A DNA stretch of 64,000 nt, taken from positions 108,068,001 through 108,132,000 of the forward strand of contig NC_058373.1 in assembly GCF_018350175.1 (NCBI RefSeq). Direction: 5' to 3'. Shown here one piece after another: positions 11,206 through 23,435 of the stretch (its first letter is position 1; each line of letters opens with the position of its first letter). Under the pieces are notes generated by a model, which saw nothing but the letters and a program-made list of their open reading frames with translations, was not told the DNA's origin and ran no database searches. The stretch comes from Felis catus (lineage: Eukaryota). The position numbers were made by a program, and so were the translations under genes.

Positions 11206-11789
11206 ACATATTCACATTAACTCAATTGCAATAAAATGTATTTAATTTTCAGTTACTTGCTCTAGTTTTCCTTATAAACTCCTGCTGCTGAGTAGTGTGA
11301 AAAGAACCTTAATTTTTGTCCAATCTACTAATTTTATACCGATCTAATAACTTGAATATTTCTTTAGGAATCTCAGTTCTTTGGGAATAAACATTAGGCC
11401 TTTGCTTCTTTCCTCCAAGATGGTATCTGGGCATATGAGGAGAGGTTTCGTGAGTTAGTAACCTTGTGTCAGCAAAGGAGAGGTAGGCTCCTTAAACCCA
11501 TCGAGAGAGAGAACCAGGTCCATTCTGATCTCTGCTGTGCAGTAGCTGGATGGGTCTGCTCCATGGAGTGGTAAGCAGTGATGTGCCCTTGGCCCCATCT
11601 GGCTGTTTGGAATCAATGGGCTGGTGCTCACCACTGTATTCGAGAGCCCCAGCCTCATGCCTCCAGCCCCAGAGACTCCTCCCATTTCATAGCAATTTCA
11701 GGCTTCTGTCAGGCCACCAACCTTCTTAGCAACTCTACAACTCTTCACTGGGATGTGAAAAAATGATCACTGCTTCAAAAACAGGTGCC

Positions 11790-12010
11790 CTCATTATGTA
11801 CTCCCCTAGTTCCCTGTTCCTGTCCTTCATAGTACTTTAGTAAGTTGCTGACTTTGTATTTTTGTGGGAACATTCATTTAATGTTCTGTTCCATAAAATG
11901 TTGCAGTCTTGGTGGTGGTGCAGATCCTGGCAGGTTTTGCTCATCATTATATTTCCAGTCCCTAGCATCACAGGTGCTCAATCAATACTACTAAATAAAT
12001 ACATAAATGA
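11790..12010 (+). mobile_element. L2 3' end
   Basis: ttgctcatcattatatttccagtccctagca...ggtgctcaatcaatactactaaataaat. Confidence 0.7.
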
Positions 12011-12124
12011 GAAAGCTCTAACTTCAGGGCCTTAAAGTTGAAGAACAAAGATGATCTTGCCTCAAATCTTCTCCCATCCACACCAGGAAACTTTGTTAGT
12101 TTTCTACCCAATAGCTATACTCCA

Positions 12125-12631
12125 CATATTCTTTGCTATCAGAATATGGATGTTGTTTAGTTGACAAAACGCCCAGCCCAAAGACTAAATCATGAATTGG
12201 TCTAAATCAATCATGCAATCCCACTCCCCTGTGGCAGTGATGGATCAGAATAAGTATGACATGTTGTTCCAGCTAATGAGCTAGATGGAGATATCTAGCT
12301 AGATAGATGTATCTAAAGGGCTTCTTGGAAAGATGTTTGCCCTTGATGCAAAGAAAGAACAATACGTAGAGAGCTCTCTGTAGCCACCTCTGCCCCCAAC
12401 CTTTCACTTCTCAAATGTGGTAAGGTATGTCATGTTTAGAATCATAGCAACTGTCTTGCAACCATGAGGGAAAGACCTGAAGAAATGCTAAAGTGACCTC
12501 ACTGAACTTCTGTACCAAACTTGGAACCACCCCCAAACTTCCTATGTGAGATCATAAATGCCTTTATTATTCAGGCTATTATTTGAATTTTTATACTGTA
12601 GGAGCCAAAATATTTTTCTCAAACTGATACA
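12125..12631 (+). mobile_element. MaLR solo LTR (MLT1K/L-like)
   Basis: atcatgaattggtctaaatcaatcatg, gcaactgtcttgcaaccatgaggg, ends aactgataca. Confidence 0.75.
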
Positions 12632-13009
12632 TTTTAGAACAAATATAATTTCATGTAAATTCCATGACCAAAAGCTGGATAAGCAAGTGAGTGGTCCTGT
12701 TTTTGCCTCCATAGAATCATATTCTGCTCTCAGACATAATCCTCATTAACATCCTAGGCTATAAGTCAAGTATGGCTTTAGGTAACATCTTTAAATCCCC
12801 CTGAACAAAGAATATCTAAATGGTAGGTAGCTTACAGGTCAAGGGAAAGGGATCAGGAGGCAGAATTGAAGAGGCAGAGGAGTGAGGACTGAAGCCGGGA
12901 AAGCAAAGAGAAACCAAGAGGCTATAAAAACCACAGGGGAAAACAAGACCAGGGTGGAGGAAAAGTGCAAACAGATAATCAGCAACGGGGAGATCCAGAG
13001 GAATTGGGG

Positions 13010-14203
13010 ATGGAAACTTTAAATGTCTTAATTACCTAGGAGATAATCTAACAAAAATGTACAAGTCTCTTTTTTTTCTATTGGGAGAATGTTTTAATTA
13101 CAGTAATGGACAGAAACAAAGACATAAATAAATGGAGTGATGCAGCAACCTGAGACAATGTTTTAAGAATGTCGCTTCTTTACGAGTGAAACTACAGATC
13201 CAATGTAATTCCAGTAAAGTGCCCCGTTGTCCAACTTTTGAAATTTTGAGAGACCAGTTTTTAAATGTATATGGAAGAATAAACATCACAAATGGCTAAT
13301 TTTTAAAAATAAGCAAAAAAAAAAAAAGATTTGCCTTACTAGATATTAAGGTATATCACAATGCCAGAATAAAAAAGGAGGGGGGAAGGCATGGTGACCA
13401 ATGCCATAGAATAGAGAACCCAGAAATAGACATTGCTGTAGTTGGGAACTTGGTATGTAATATGAGGGAGGACTGAAAAATCGCTGGGGAAGTAATAGGT
13501 CAATTAGTAGACTGTGTTGGGAAAATGAACTACATTCAGTCCCAACTCACATGATCTGAAAGGAAACTCCAAATGTATTAAGGGACTAAATGTTAAATGT
13601 AAAATTATATATTAATAGAAGAGAATATGTGTTGCTATCTCTATAACTTTTGAATGGGACCTATAAATTAAAGAAAGCCCCAAATGTACAAACCATAAGC
13701 AGAAGAAAAATTGATAGATTTTTCTATAAAACAGAATTAAAGATTTATTCCAGCAAAAATACCACAGGTCAACAAGTAGATAGTAAACCAGAAGACAATG
13801 TTACTAACATCACAAACCAAAAAAAAAATCTGTATTTAGAAAATTTGGCAAAACAGTAAGAAATGGACAGGGTGATCAACAGAAAAAATTAGCGAAATAT
13901 GTGAATAAACAATTCATAGAAGGGGAAACCTCTGAATGGCCAGTAAGTGTATGAAGAGATACTCAACATCACTAGAAATCAGAAATGCAAATTAAAACAT
14001 CAATGAGAGATCACTTCATGGGAAGTTAGATAATATCAAGAATAGCAGAGATGAACAGCTAGTGAGTCTGAACAGGTGGAGTCATTCCTCAGAGAAGTCA
14101 GTCCTGAGACAAGTCAAGGACACAGTCTCAGCCCTGATTATGTGCCCAGTGAAATTCTAACATACAGATCATAAAGAAACACATAATGGATGTTCATCAT
14201 GGG

Positions 14204-14248
<45 letters not shown>

Positions 14249-14700
14249 AAGGAGGACACCTGGTGTTTATTAATAAAGCAATGGGTTAGTTAAGCAAAAA
14301 CACAAACAATATGTGCTAGCCAGAAGTTGTAAAAGGGATTTATATATAGGAACATGGTTGGGTCCCCAGAGCTTAATGATGAATCAAATAGGTAAGAACC
14401 AGAATGAGTTCCACAGCACAGAACCATATTTGTGAGATAAGAACACACACACAAAATGGCATCATTTTAAGAATATGTACCTAACATGTGGAGGTAGATT
14501 GAAAGGATATACAGAAGTTCAGGTTCAAGTACCTATGGTGGAAAGAGAAATGGGGGTAAGAAATGGTTATCTTGATTGTGGAGATAGTTTCACGGGTATA
14601 TATAGATGTCAAAACTTATCAAACTGTAAACTTTAAACAGTGCAGTTTTTTGTATGTCAACTACACCTCTGTTAAGGAGGGTAGATGAATGATGACTGTG
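13010..14700 (+). mobile_element. Old L1ME-type remnant (ORF2 3' part and 3' UTR)
   Basis: aatctaacaaaaatgtacaag, gaatagagaacccagaaatagac, gaaatgcaaattaaaac, tatcttgattgtgg...gtcaaaacttatcaaactgta. Confidence 0.8.
14206..14246. repeat. (TG)n microsatellite
   Basis: About 20 perfect units. Confidence 0.97.
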
Positions 14701-14777
14701 GTACGTGAACTGGTGAGTGATTAACTCTATTCCGTCTTCCTGAGGTCTAAATAATATAAAATAGAAATACAGAGGGC

Positions 14778-14901
14778 CAGTGATCAGGGACTCTCAAATT
14801 TTAATGTGCATGAGAATCATCAGAGGTATATGCTGAAAAACAAATTTGTGGGCCTCACATCTAGAGATTCTGAACTTGAATTAAAAAAAAATTAATGTTT
14901 A

Positions 14902-14946
<45 letters not shown>

Positions 14947-15162
14947 ATGAGCAGGGGAGGGGCAGAGAGACAGGAAGTCACAGAATCTGAAACAGGCTCC
15001 AGGCTCTGAGTTGTCAGCACAGAGCCCAACTTGGGGCTCAAACCCACGAACCACGAGATTATGACCTGAGCTAAAGTTGGACGCCCAACAGACTGAGCCA
15101 GCCGGGTGCCCCCCTGAACCTGCATTTTAAACATACACCCAAATGATTCTCCTGTCAGTGCA
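14778..15162. mobile_element. MER5-like hAT-Charlie MITE split by a SINE
   Basis: ctcaaattttaatgtgcatgagaatca...gggcctcacatctagagattctga / ctgcattttaaacatacacccaaatgattct. Confidence 0.75.
14881..15113 (-). mobile_element. Can-SINE
   Basis: Antisense SINEC with (GA)n; degenerate TSD ctgaacttgaatt / ctgaacctgcatt. Confidence 0.95.
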
Positions 15163-17975
15163 CGATGAGGTACCATGCACGCTTGAGGCACCATGAAGTA
15201 GGTGACACCAGGCTCTGCCATGAGAGTGGTAGGAAATGAGCCAGCAGGGACAGTGGCCATAGAACATTTGCCCAGCACTAGTAGCAAGGGAATGACACTC
15301 AGGGAGCTGGCCCTGTCAGCACGCGCAGCCTTTTTTCTCCTGCCTTTTGTGAGAGCCCATCCGGGTGGGTTTGGCCCAGAGGGGTTTGGGTGATGGAAAT
15401 CGACAACAGCCATCCAGGGAGTGTGTCTGTGGACAGGAAACCCTGGAGGTATCTCCTTCACAAGGATGATGTGGGCATGGTGCCAGAGGTCCTGAGCTTG
15501 ACTCGATCACGCTCACTCACAATCGGCTTCCCGAGGCTGGGCTGTGGGCTGTGGGAAGTGGGCTATGAAAGCAGTCGGAATGACATATGTGGGACATTGT
15601 CAGAGGCAAATGCTTGAGTCTAACTTGATGGGAGAAGAACGGGCTGAGCCATCTCTCAGAAAATCTCCTGGTGGGCTCTCACAGGGCGAGCATGGTCTGG
15701 GATTTTAGCCCCAGAGCTCTGTCATCCTTCCATCACTTGCTGTGCCCTTGCCTCCATTAGTCCTTGCTTCTGGCCGATGCTTCAACAGCTGGACTGGTTT
15801 GTGGCATGATATGCACCGTGTAAAGGAGCTTTTTAATAGTTTCCGCTATGATGGTACACAGATATGTCCTGGTCTCAAGCTTGCCTTGAGGAATGTCTAA
15901 CGGCAGGCTCGACCCTGCATCTCCGGCCACAGGGAAGTCTACCTCCTTGTGAATGGAATACAACCACCTCAGTCAAGAATGGACTCTGGGCTCCCTTCTA
16001 CAGTTATTTATCCAGGCACCGTTCCCCTAACGGTTGGATTCACTGCCCCTTCCTAATATGCAGAATGGCCTGGTTTCCTAAGGACAAGGAAGGTTTTTCA
16101 GATTTATACAAACAGACCAAGCATATTTGTGGGTATCCAGGTAACAAACCCAGTGTGAAACTCCTTTGACAGCATAACTCATAGCCCCAGACAGAAATGC
16201 TAATGTGAACACAGACACTCCAACGAACCAGCTCCAGTGGAAAAGATTAAGAAATGGTCCCAAATATAGTTCTCTCTACAAATCGTTTGCTTCCCCAACA
16301 GCCTCTTTTCACAAATGTGAACACTTTCATGCAAACAAACAAGAAACAAGAGAAAGAAAAAGAATGGGAGAGAATCCCGAGATAGTTCTGCAAGTATTTC
16401 AGGCTTATTAACATCTGCAAATATGGCAGGCTTGTTAATAACCAGTGACGTTTTCTTTCTCAGGAACTTCTTGAAGTCGGCTGTCTGCTGGTGACTGTGG
16501 GTGGTATGTTTGCAAGGGTGTGTACATCTGAGGGTCTCTGTGAGTGCGTCTGGAGGACTGTCTCCCCATGCCTGTCTGAATGAGACCTCGTGCCCCTGCA
16601 GGTCCCATGGTGCCAAGCAGCGCAGGCAGGCTGACAGAGCCATTCTTCTCTCTAAGTAATGTGTTTGCTTAAGCATGAACATTAGTGTCAGAAGCGCTTA
16701 GTGCAAAGCAACCTTTCAGGGGTGAAGCAGTCATTGCCAAGTCTGTGCGTCTGGGTATTCGTTATGTCTGTTCGTCTGGGGGTTAGGAGTAGGGTGAGGC
16801 ATGTCTTGTATTTTCCGATGAAGTTGAAAAGATTAAAACAACAACAACAACACTGTTTATGAAATGATCTTTTGGAGGCAAGTCCAGCGGTGAAAACTGC
16901 ACTGTCTTGCACCGGGAATACCTTCCCCAGGAACTGAACAATAGCTCTGGTTATGTGGGCCACATCCTCTTGCCCTCATCATCAGCCTTGTCTTCTGGAA
17001 ATGAATGAAATGGAAGTTATTTTACACCCAGCCTGGCACAAAGCTAATGTGCCTAATTAGCGGAAGATCTGCTTTTAGGATCGGAATCTGATTTTAATCA
17101 GTAGCGTCCCATCTCTCAGAGATGAGGACACATCATGGGCAGACTGTGTATTTTTTCTTGCCTTTCTCACAGTAGCAATGAATGTGAGCTGAACTGACGA
17201 TTCCCCTGCCCCTGCGGCCAGTATGGCCAGAGGCACTCACTTCTGAGGCAGCTGGCCAGTCCTGAGCTGGGGGCCGCTAACTGGGCCACACAGCCCTGGG
17301 CTCACAACCTGCCAGCTGGGTCAGGAACACTGGGCTTTGGCATAAGAGAGGGCTGGAACTAAGACAGCCCTCCGAAGCCATCTTGTTTTATCTTTGTCTT
17401 CGGATAGGGTAATACACGAAGCTGCTACAAGCCAGGTCACCTTCCCTCCACTGTACCTCTCTGCTGTTCCTCCCAGGAGTCAAGGTCTCTTACCAGCTTC
17501 CTGCATATGGTCCACTCAAAGACGCACGATGGTGGGGTGATAGGAGAGAGGGTACAGGCAATAAGAGGATGCACTACTGCTGAGAATTTAAAAACAATAA
17601 TAAAACTGACAAATCAATAAAACTGCTGCTTATTATCACCAACGCTGACAATTTCAACAGCGTCAGTGATAAAATACTTTTTCCTACAAGCTCTAAACAA
17701 TTGTTGATTTGTTGTTGCCCTGGACGCAGGTGGACTCAGCCACAGGTGTTCCTTTTGAAAGTAAGTCTGTGACTGCTTGGAATTATCCAAGCTCCCTTTG
17801 GCACGTTTTGTGTCTCCAACCCCTGTGATACTATGCATTCCTGAATTTAAACAGATTAGGAATAAGCAGTGATAACACAGCCATTGTCTCGACAAAGAAA
17901 CAGAACAGGCATTCTTTCAAGTCTATTTGACTACTAGGAGTTTTCATCTGTGCTTGAAACCCAAGATAATGAAAC

Positions 17976-18023
17976 AAAAAAAATAAAATAAAATAAAATA
18001 GAATAAACTAGAATAAAATAAAT
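17976..18023. repeat. (AAAAT)n simple repeat
   Basis: Direct reading. Confidence 0.85.
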
Positions 18024-18214
18024 ACAACTCAAGACAGTAAAACAGATTGCAGACTGCATGGTGTGATGTTTTTGTTTTATGTGCAAATTTCATACAGGAA
18101 ATATTTTACTGAATTTGAAGTTCTTCAAAATTAAAATATATTCGCTGTGACAATTGTTAATTGTTTGAAAATGAAAGATGCTGGAAGTGAGTGCCTCCTT
18201 CAATTTTGTGCCTT

Positions 18215-18625
18215 CCCTTATTCCCAGACCTGCATCCTACTGTGGAAATCCAAAAAGTACATCTGCTCACTCTCTGAGCCGCAGCAGTTAGAACCCAGAC
18301 CCTGGACCTAAGCTCAACCTGGACTTTTGAATCTGGAGCAAGTGACTCAAAGATGCAAGGATAGTTTGGAATCCCTTCTCATGAGAGCAGTGATGGGGCA
18401 GGAGCGGGACCACAGAGGTGTCTAACCAGACCCTTTCTGTCCTATGATTTTGGCTGTCATCTGGTCTTCTTATATACCTCGGCTTCTGCTTGTCTGTTAA
18501 GCCTGATTTAGTGGGCATGTGGTTGACTCTTTGAACTCCCTGATATCTTTCTAAAGTGAATTCTTTCTCTGCTTAAGTTAACCAGAGTCAGTGTGTTCAT
18601 TTGTAGTAAAAACTTCTTACTGGTC
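18215..18625 (+). mobile_element. Old ERVL-type LTR remnant (LTR16/LTR33-like)
   Basis: 3' motif tgaactccctgatatctttc...ttctctgcttaagttaaccagagtcagt. Confidence 0.55.
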
Positions 18626-19199
18626 TTCCTAATTCAAAGGAATACTTTGAGGATAATTCTGAAGCCCATGATAAGTGTGTATGACAGACATTTGAGAGCC
18701 CTAAAAGTGTAGAGCAGTGGCCTTCCTGGAAATGTCAAAGCTTATCTCACACATTAACTGTCCCTGACCACCCTAGGCAGATCTTAGTAGGTTTGACAAG
18801 ACAAAAACCAGAGGCTCTCTTTGATTAGTGGAATCTATCTAGAGTTTACTCCATTTAAAAGAAATTAGGAGAAAAACCATTTTCAGAATATCTAGTAAGG
18901 GTTGTGGTTAAGGTAAACAAAAAGAGAAATAAGTGCAGCAGAAGGCACCTTGTCAGTAAAAGTCTGAAGGCCAAGTTTAAAATGTCTCATCCAACCATTT
19001 ATTTGTAATTGCTTGCTCTGCTCCGAACGCTCTTAGATCAAAGGAACGGAAACCGCATCCATAAGCTGCAGAGAAACATTAATTCTATCACATACCACAG
19101 GAATGGGGTAACATTCAGTACAAGAACTCAATTCAAACTCTATTCATGTCCAGAATGATCCCTACTGATTCCATTCTTCTATCCATCATAGCTGTAGCA

Positions 19200-19365
19200 A
19201 ACACTGCACTTTTGTGTTAGGTTTGGTGACTTTGAACAAGTTCTTTAAAATCTCTAGACAGAGAGGTTTTCTCCTTTTTCTTTTGGGATCTTGACATCAT
19301 TATGGGAAGATTAAGAAAGCTTACATAAATCACCCTAATACAGTGCCTGGCACATAGTAGAGTGC
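19200..19365 (+). mobile_element. MIR fragment
   Basis: gtgactttgaacaagttctttaaaatctct...gaagattaa...acagtgcctggcacatagtag. Confidence 0.7.
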
Positions 19366-19383
19366 CAGGGTGATCTTTCCCTT

Positions 19384-19608
19384 ATTTATTTGTTTATCTA
19401 GAGACAGAGAGGGAAAGGCAGAAAGAGAGAGAGAGAATCCCAAGTAGACTCCATACTGTCAGCGCTGAGGCAGAGAGAGAGAATCCCAAGCAGACTCCAT
19501 GGTGTCAGCACAGAGCCCCACGTGGGCTCAACCTCACGAACCATGAGATCATGACCTGAGCCGAGATCAAGAGATGGACGCTTAGCCAACTGAGCCACCC
19601 AGGCGCCC
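19384..19608 (-). mobile_element. Can-SINE with internal ~50-bp tandem duplication
   Basis: gagaatcccaag(t/c)agactccat..tgtcagc twice; TSD tgatctttccct at 19371 and 19610. Confidence 0.93.
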
Positions 19609-19899
19609 TTGATCTTTCCCTCATTTGGTCTTTAGTGAGCACCTGCTAAGGACCAAGAACTATCTGAGGTACTGAAAAGCTGTTCAAGTTTGTGCTGTGT
19701 TTGCTGTGCCTTTCCTCTGCTACTTTGCTAACAGGTGATTAGATGGTCTTTCTGAATACTAAGATGGACAGCCACCAGTCCCAGCTTCCTCAATCTACCC
19801 TCCTATCTGCTCTTTTTACAGCCAATGTGTACGTGTGTGTGCACACACACACACACACACACGCATGCACAAAGACACACACACTGCTAACTCAGAAAC

Positions 19900-20205
19900 T
19901 AAGGTACAGCTTAGGAAAGTCAGCTTCCTCTGTCGGGCCCACCAGAACACCATCTGCTTTTACAAATCTGCCTCAGCCGTCCTGACTCACTGAGATCTGT
20001 TCCCTCTGTTATATGTCTTCATATGACATCAGATGTGTTTCCCTCACTGTACTCTCTACTAAATAATTTTACATGTAATCTCTATGCAAATGCTGTCTGT
20101 ATTTCCCTCAGACTCCATTGGGAGGAGGGTCCATAACTCTCTCACTTCTGTATCCATGGCACTTTGTATAATGCCTGGTACCTGAAATATATTGCTTGAA
20201 TAAAC
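19900..20205 (+). mobile_element. L2 3' fragment
   Basis: agactccattgggaggaggg...cacttctgtatccatggcact...tgcctggtacc...ttgcttgaataaa. Confidence 0.6.
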
Positions 20206-20692
20206 AGAAAACAGCTCTTGAAACTCCACACCTTTTATGCTATCTTCTGGGATTCAGGTTCTTCATATCCCCGCCATTATTCGACTCTCTGTATTCCAAA
20301 CCCTAACAATGTCATTACACTTGCCCCTTATTGTCCTAAGGCATAAAATATACACTGCATGTGGTTAGTAAACTTAATTCAGGGACCAACTTGAGGCCCA
20401 GAAGAGATGGCCTAGGTAAGTGGGTGACTCAAGCTGATTAATATTTTGGCACTCCATTCAACAGACATTTGGTTAAATATATGTTTACATTTTCTTAGAG
20501 TGGAGGCAAAGGGCTTCTTGGGGGTAAATCGACCACTGGAACAGAAATTTGCCTCTCCTTGCTTGTCCCTTGCAGTTCAGCTCTGGTCCCACACTGGCAA
20601 ACTCCAGCCAGCAAAAAATTCCTACAATTAACAGGAAGTTTCAGGATCCATTTTGCATTGGCGCCTCATCACGTGGCCCATCTAGCTCACCC

Positions 20693-20907
20693 TTTTTTTT
20701 TTTTCAACGTTTATTTATTTTTGGGACAGAGAGAGACAGAGCATGAACGGGCGAGGGGCAGAGAGAGAGGGAGACACAGAATCGGAAACAGGCTCCAGGC
20801 TCTGAGCCATCAGCCCAGAGCCCGACGCGGGGCTCAAACTCTCGGATCGCGAGATCATGACCTGGCTGAAGTCGGACGCTCAACCGACTGCGCCACCCAG
20901 GCGCCCC
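20693..20907 (-). mobile_element. Young felid SINE (SINEC_Fc1-type)
   Basis: Near identical to the 4795 copy; perfect TSD tagctcacccttt at 20683 and 20908. Confidence 0.97.
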
Positions 20908-21077
20908 TAGCTCACCCTTTAATTTGCCTCCTGAGTTCACTATTGTTTAGGGTCCATAATAAGAATGTGTATGTTAGTTAAATATACTCATGCCACATCT
21001 AGAAATCTCAATCCTGAGGAAGACAAAAAGGACAAAATGCGAAGAAAAAATATGTACGCCTTAAGATGTTCTTTCCA

Positions 21078-21264
21078 GGAGCACCTGGGTGGCTCCATAA
21101 GTTAAACATTCAACTCTTGATTTTGGCTCAGGTCATGATCTCACAGTTCTGAAAAGCACAGAGCCTGCTTGGGGTTCTCTCTCTCTCCTTCTCTCTCTAC
21201 CTCTCCCCCACTCGCATGTGAGCATTCTCTCTCTTTCAAAATAAATAAATAAATTTTTTTGAAA
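21078..21264 (+). mobile_element. Can-SINE, internally deleted
   Basis: TSD aagatgttcttt at 21063 and 21265. Confidence 0.9.
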
Positions 21265-21319
21265 AAGATGTTCTTTACAATGTCTCTTTTTGGGAGGAGG
21301 GGAGGGGCAATGAGAGGTT

Positions 21320-21812
21320 ATTGGGTCATTAAGAGTTTCACCAGAGGGAAAGGGGGATGTATAGATACGTAAAATAAACATTATTTATAAACTTACATAT
21401 AATATATATATATATATAAACATATACTATATGTAATATATAAGCATATATATGTAATATACATATAAAGTGTTTATTGCAAGGAATTAGTTTATGGGGT
21501 CATGGGAGCTGGCTAGGCAATTCCAAAATCCACAGGATAAGCTATCAGGAAGGATGGGCTGGAAACTCAAGAAGTCTCTGAGGCTGAAGTGCAGAGCAGA
21601 ATTTCTTCTTCACATAAACCTCAGTTCTGCTTTTAAAGCCTTTCAGCTTATAGTACCAGGTGCACCCAGGTTATCAAGGATAATCTCCTCCACCTAATGT
21701 TAACTGGATGCAGCTCTTTATCACAGCCACAAAATACCTTTACAGCAATACCTAGAGTAGTGTTTGATTGAACAATTGGGTTTAGCTTAGCCAAGTTAAC
21801 ACATAAAAACAG
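21320..21812 (-). mobile_element. ERVL MLT2-type solo LTR with internal (TA)n
   Basis: tttattgcaaggaattag...ggataatctcc...aaaatacctttacagcaatacctag...gccaagttaacacataaaa. Confidence 0.85.
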
Positions 21813-21944
21813 TCACGTTCCTGTCATAAAAGCAATTATAGACAAATGAGCAGAACAAAACCAAAAATGTGTAGAATTCTATCACCTACAACCACTATTA
21901 ACACTGTTTTTAATGAATCCCTTCTAGCTTTGTTTTCCTAGCAA

Positions 21945-22200
21945 TGTATTTATTGATAATAGAAAAAATGGAAATAAGCTAAAAATGTTTAACAATAGGG
22001 GAATATTGGTAAGGATTATGGTATATGCATATGAAGGAAAACTATGCCGTCTTTAAAGGTTACAATTATGAAGACTATATCAACCTGAACAAACGCTTCA
22101 AGCAAAAAAAGCACAGTACAAAATTATACACCTGCAGTGATTATAACTATGTGAGAGTTGAATAATGTGGTAACACAGACTAGAAGGAAACAAAAATAAT
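21945..22200 (+). mobile_element. L1ME-like 3' fragment
   Basis: aaatgtttaacaatagggg...ttatggtatatgcat...actatgc. Confidence 0.55.
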
Positions 22201-22204
22201 GCAG

Positions 22205-22582
22205 CAGGGAGGGAAGGATGAATGAACAGAGCATGGAGAATGTTTAGGGCAGTGAAACTACTCTATGATTGTGTGATGGTGGATAGTTGTCATTACACAT
22301 TTGTCCAAACCCAGGAGTGCACAACAAGAGTGAGCTATGTAATATAATGTATGTGATTATGCTACTGTGAAGGTGAGCTATGGACTGGGTGATAATGATG
22401 TGTCAATGCAGGTTTACCAGTTGTTACAAATGGACCACTGTGATGGGGGGGTGTTAATAGCAGAGGAGACTATGCACGTGGGGGTGGGGGGGGGCAGGCA
22501 GCAGGTATATGAGAACTCTCTATACTTTGTGCTTGGTGTTGCTGTGGACTTAAAACTGAATTAAAGTCTATTTAAAAAAAAA
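22205..22582 (+). mobile_element. L1MC1-like 3' UTR end
   Basis: tttagggcagtgaaactactctatg...cattacacatttgtccaaaccc...aaagtctattt. Confidence 0.88.
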
Positions 22583-22589
22583 TAATGCA

Positions 22590-23027
22590 ACCAATGTTAG
22601 TGCCCCCTCCCTCCCAGTGCTCTTCAGCACGTGTCATTTTATATGCCCTGAAGGAGCCCGTAAGACTGCTGCCAGCACCCATGACTCTGCCTGCGGACTT
22701 TCTCTGTCCTCTGTAGCTCATCCTGCCCAAGCAAGCGACAAAATAAAATTGCTGGAGAATTAATATCTTCCTGGGAGCAACCCTCAACCAATGACTGAGG
22801 AAAGTGGCTGTGCATATACCCGGTCCCTCAAGCCAGATACCCTGGAGGTGGGCGTTGTGCAGTGGGGCACAGAGCACCCACTTAGAGTAGACCCCAGCTG
22901 CCCACAGTGCCTCTTGCTCTAAAGCAGGTACTGCTGGCTTCCTTCTCTGGCTCATGCTCCTACTCCCCTAGCAGCTTCTCCCCATCTCCTAAAAACTCCT
23001 TGCGTCGTTTTGGTTTGCTTCTGGGGG
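22590..23027 (+). mobile_element. ERVL LTR16-like remnant
   Basis: caaccaatgactg, ccccagctgcccacagtg, ends ggtttgcttctggggga. Confidence 0.55.
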
Positions 23028-23029
23028 AT

Positions 23030-23212
23030 GTATTCTCAACAGGGTGATATAGTCCTCAAGGGGTGAAATCTGGTTACTTGCAGGGGGGCAGGCCATAAAA
23101 TTTTACTCTTTTTATGTATAAAGCACAGATATGCACACAGTACACAACAAATGTGCAGTACATCTGTTATATTAAACATTCATGTGGGGGTGATTAAGAA
23201 AAAAATGTCTAG
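23030..23212. mobile_element. hAT-Charlie-type MER fragment
   Basis: TIR-like ttctcaacagggtgatat start; ctttttatgtataaagcacagatat...cagtaca. Confidence 0.6.
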
Positions 23213-23213
23213 A

Positions 23214-23435
23214 GGGGCCTGGGTGGCTCAGTCAGTTAAGTAGCCAACTTTGGCTCAGGTCATGATCTCATGGCTCCACTCGCGAGTTTGAGCCCCGAGT
23301 TGGGCTCTGTGCTGACAGCTCAGAGCCTGGAGCCTGCTTCAGATTCTGTGTCTCCCTCTCTCTCTCTGACCCTCTCCCACTTGCGCTCTCTCTCTCAAAA
23401 ATAAATAAACATTTAAAATAATAATAATAATAATT
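23214..23435 (+). mobile_element. Can-SINE
   Basis: Full SINEC head, body and tail. Confidence 0.95.

Noticed and set aside
14892..15461. Longest ORF in the track (189 aa, minus strand)
   Set aside because: GTG start, runs through MER5 and SINE sequence into a (CT)n tract, and has no recognisable domain.
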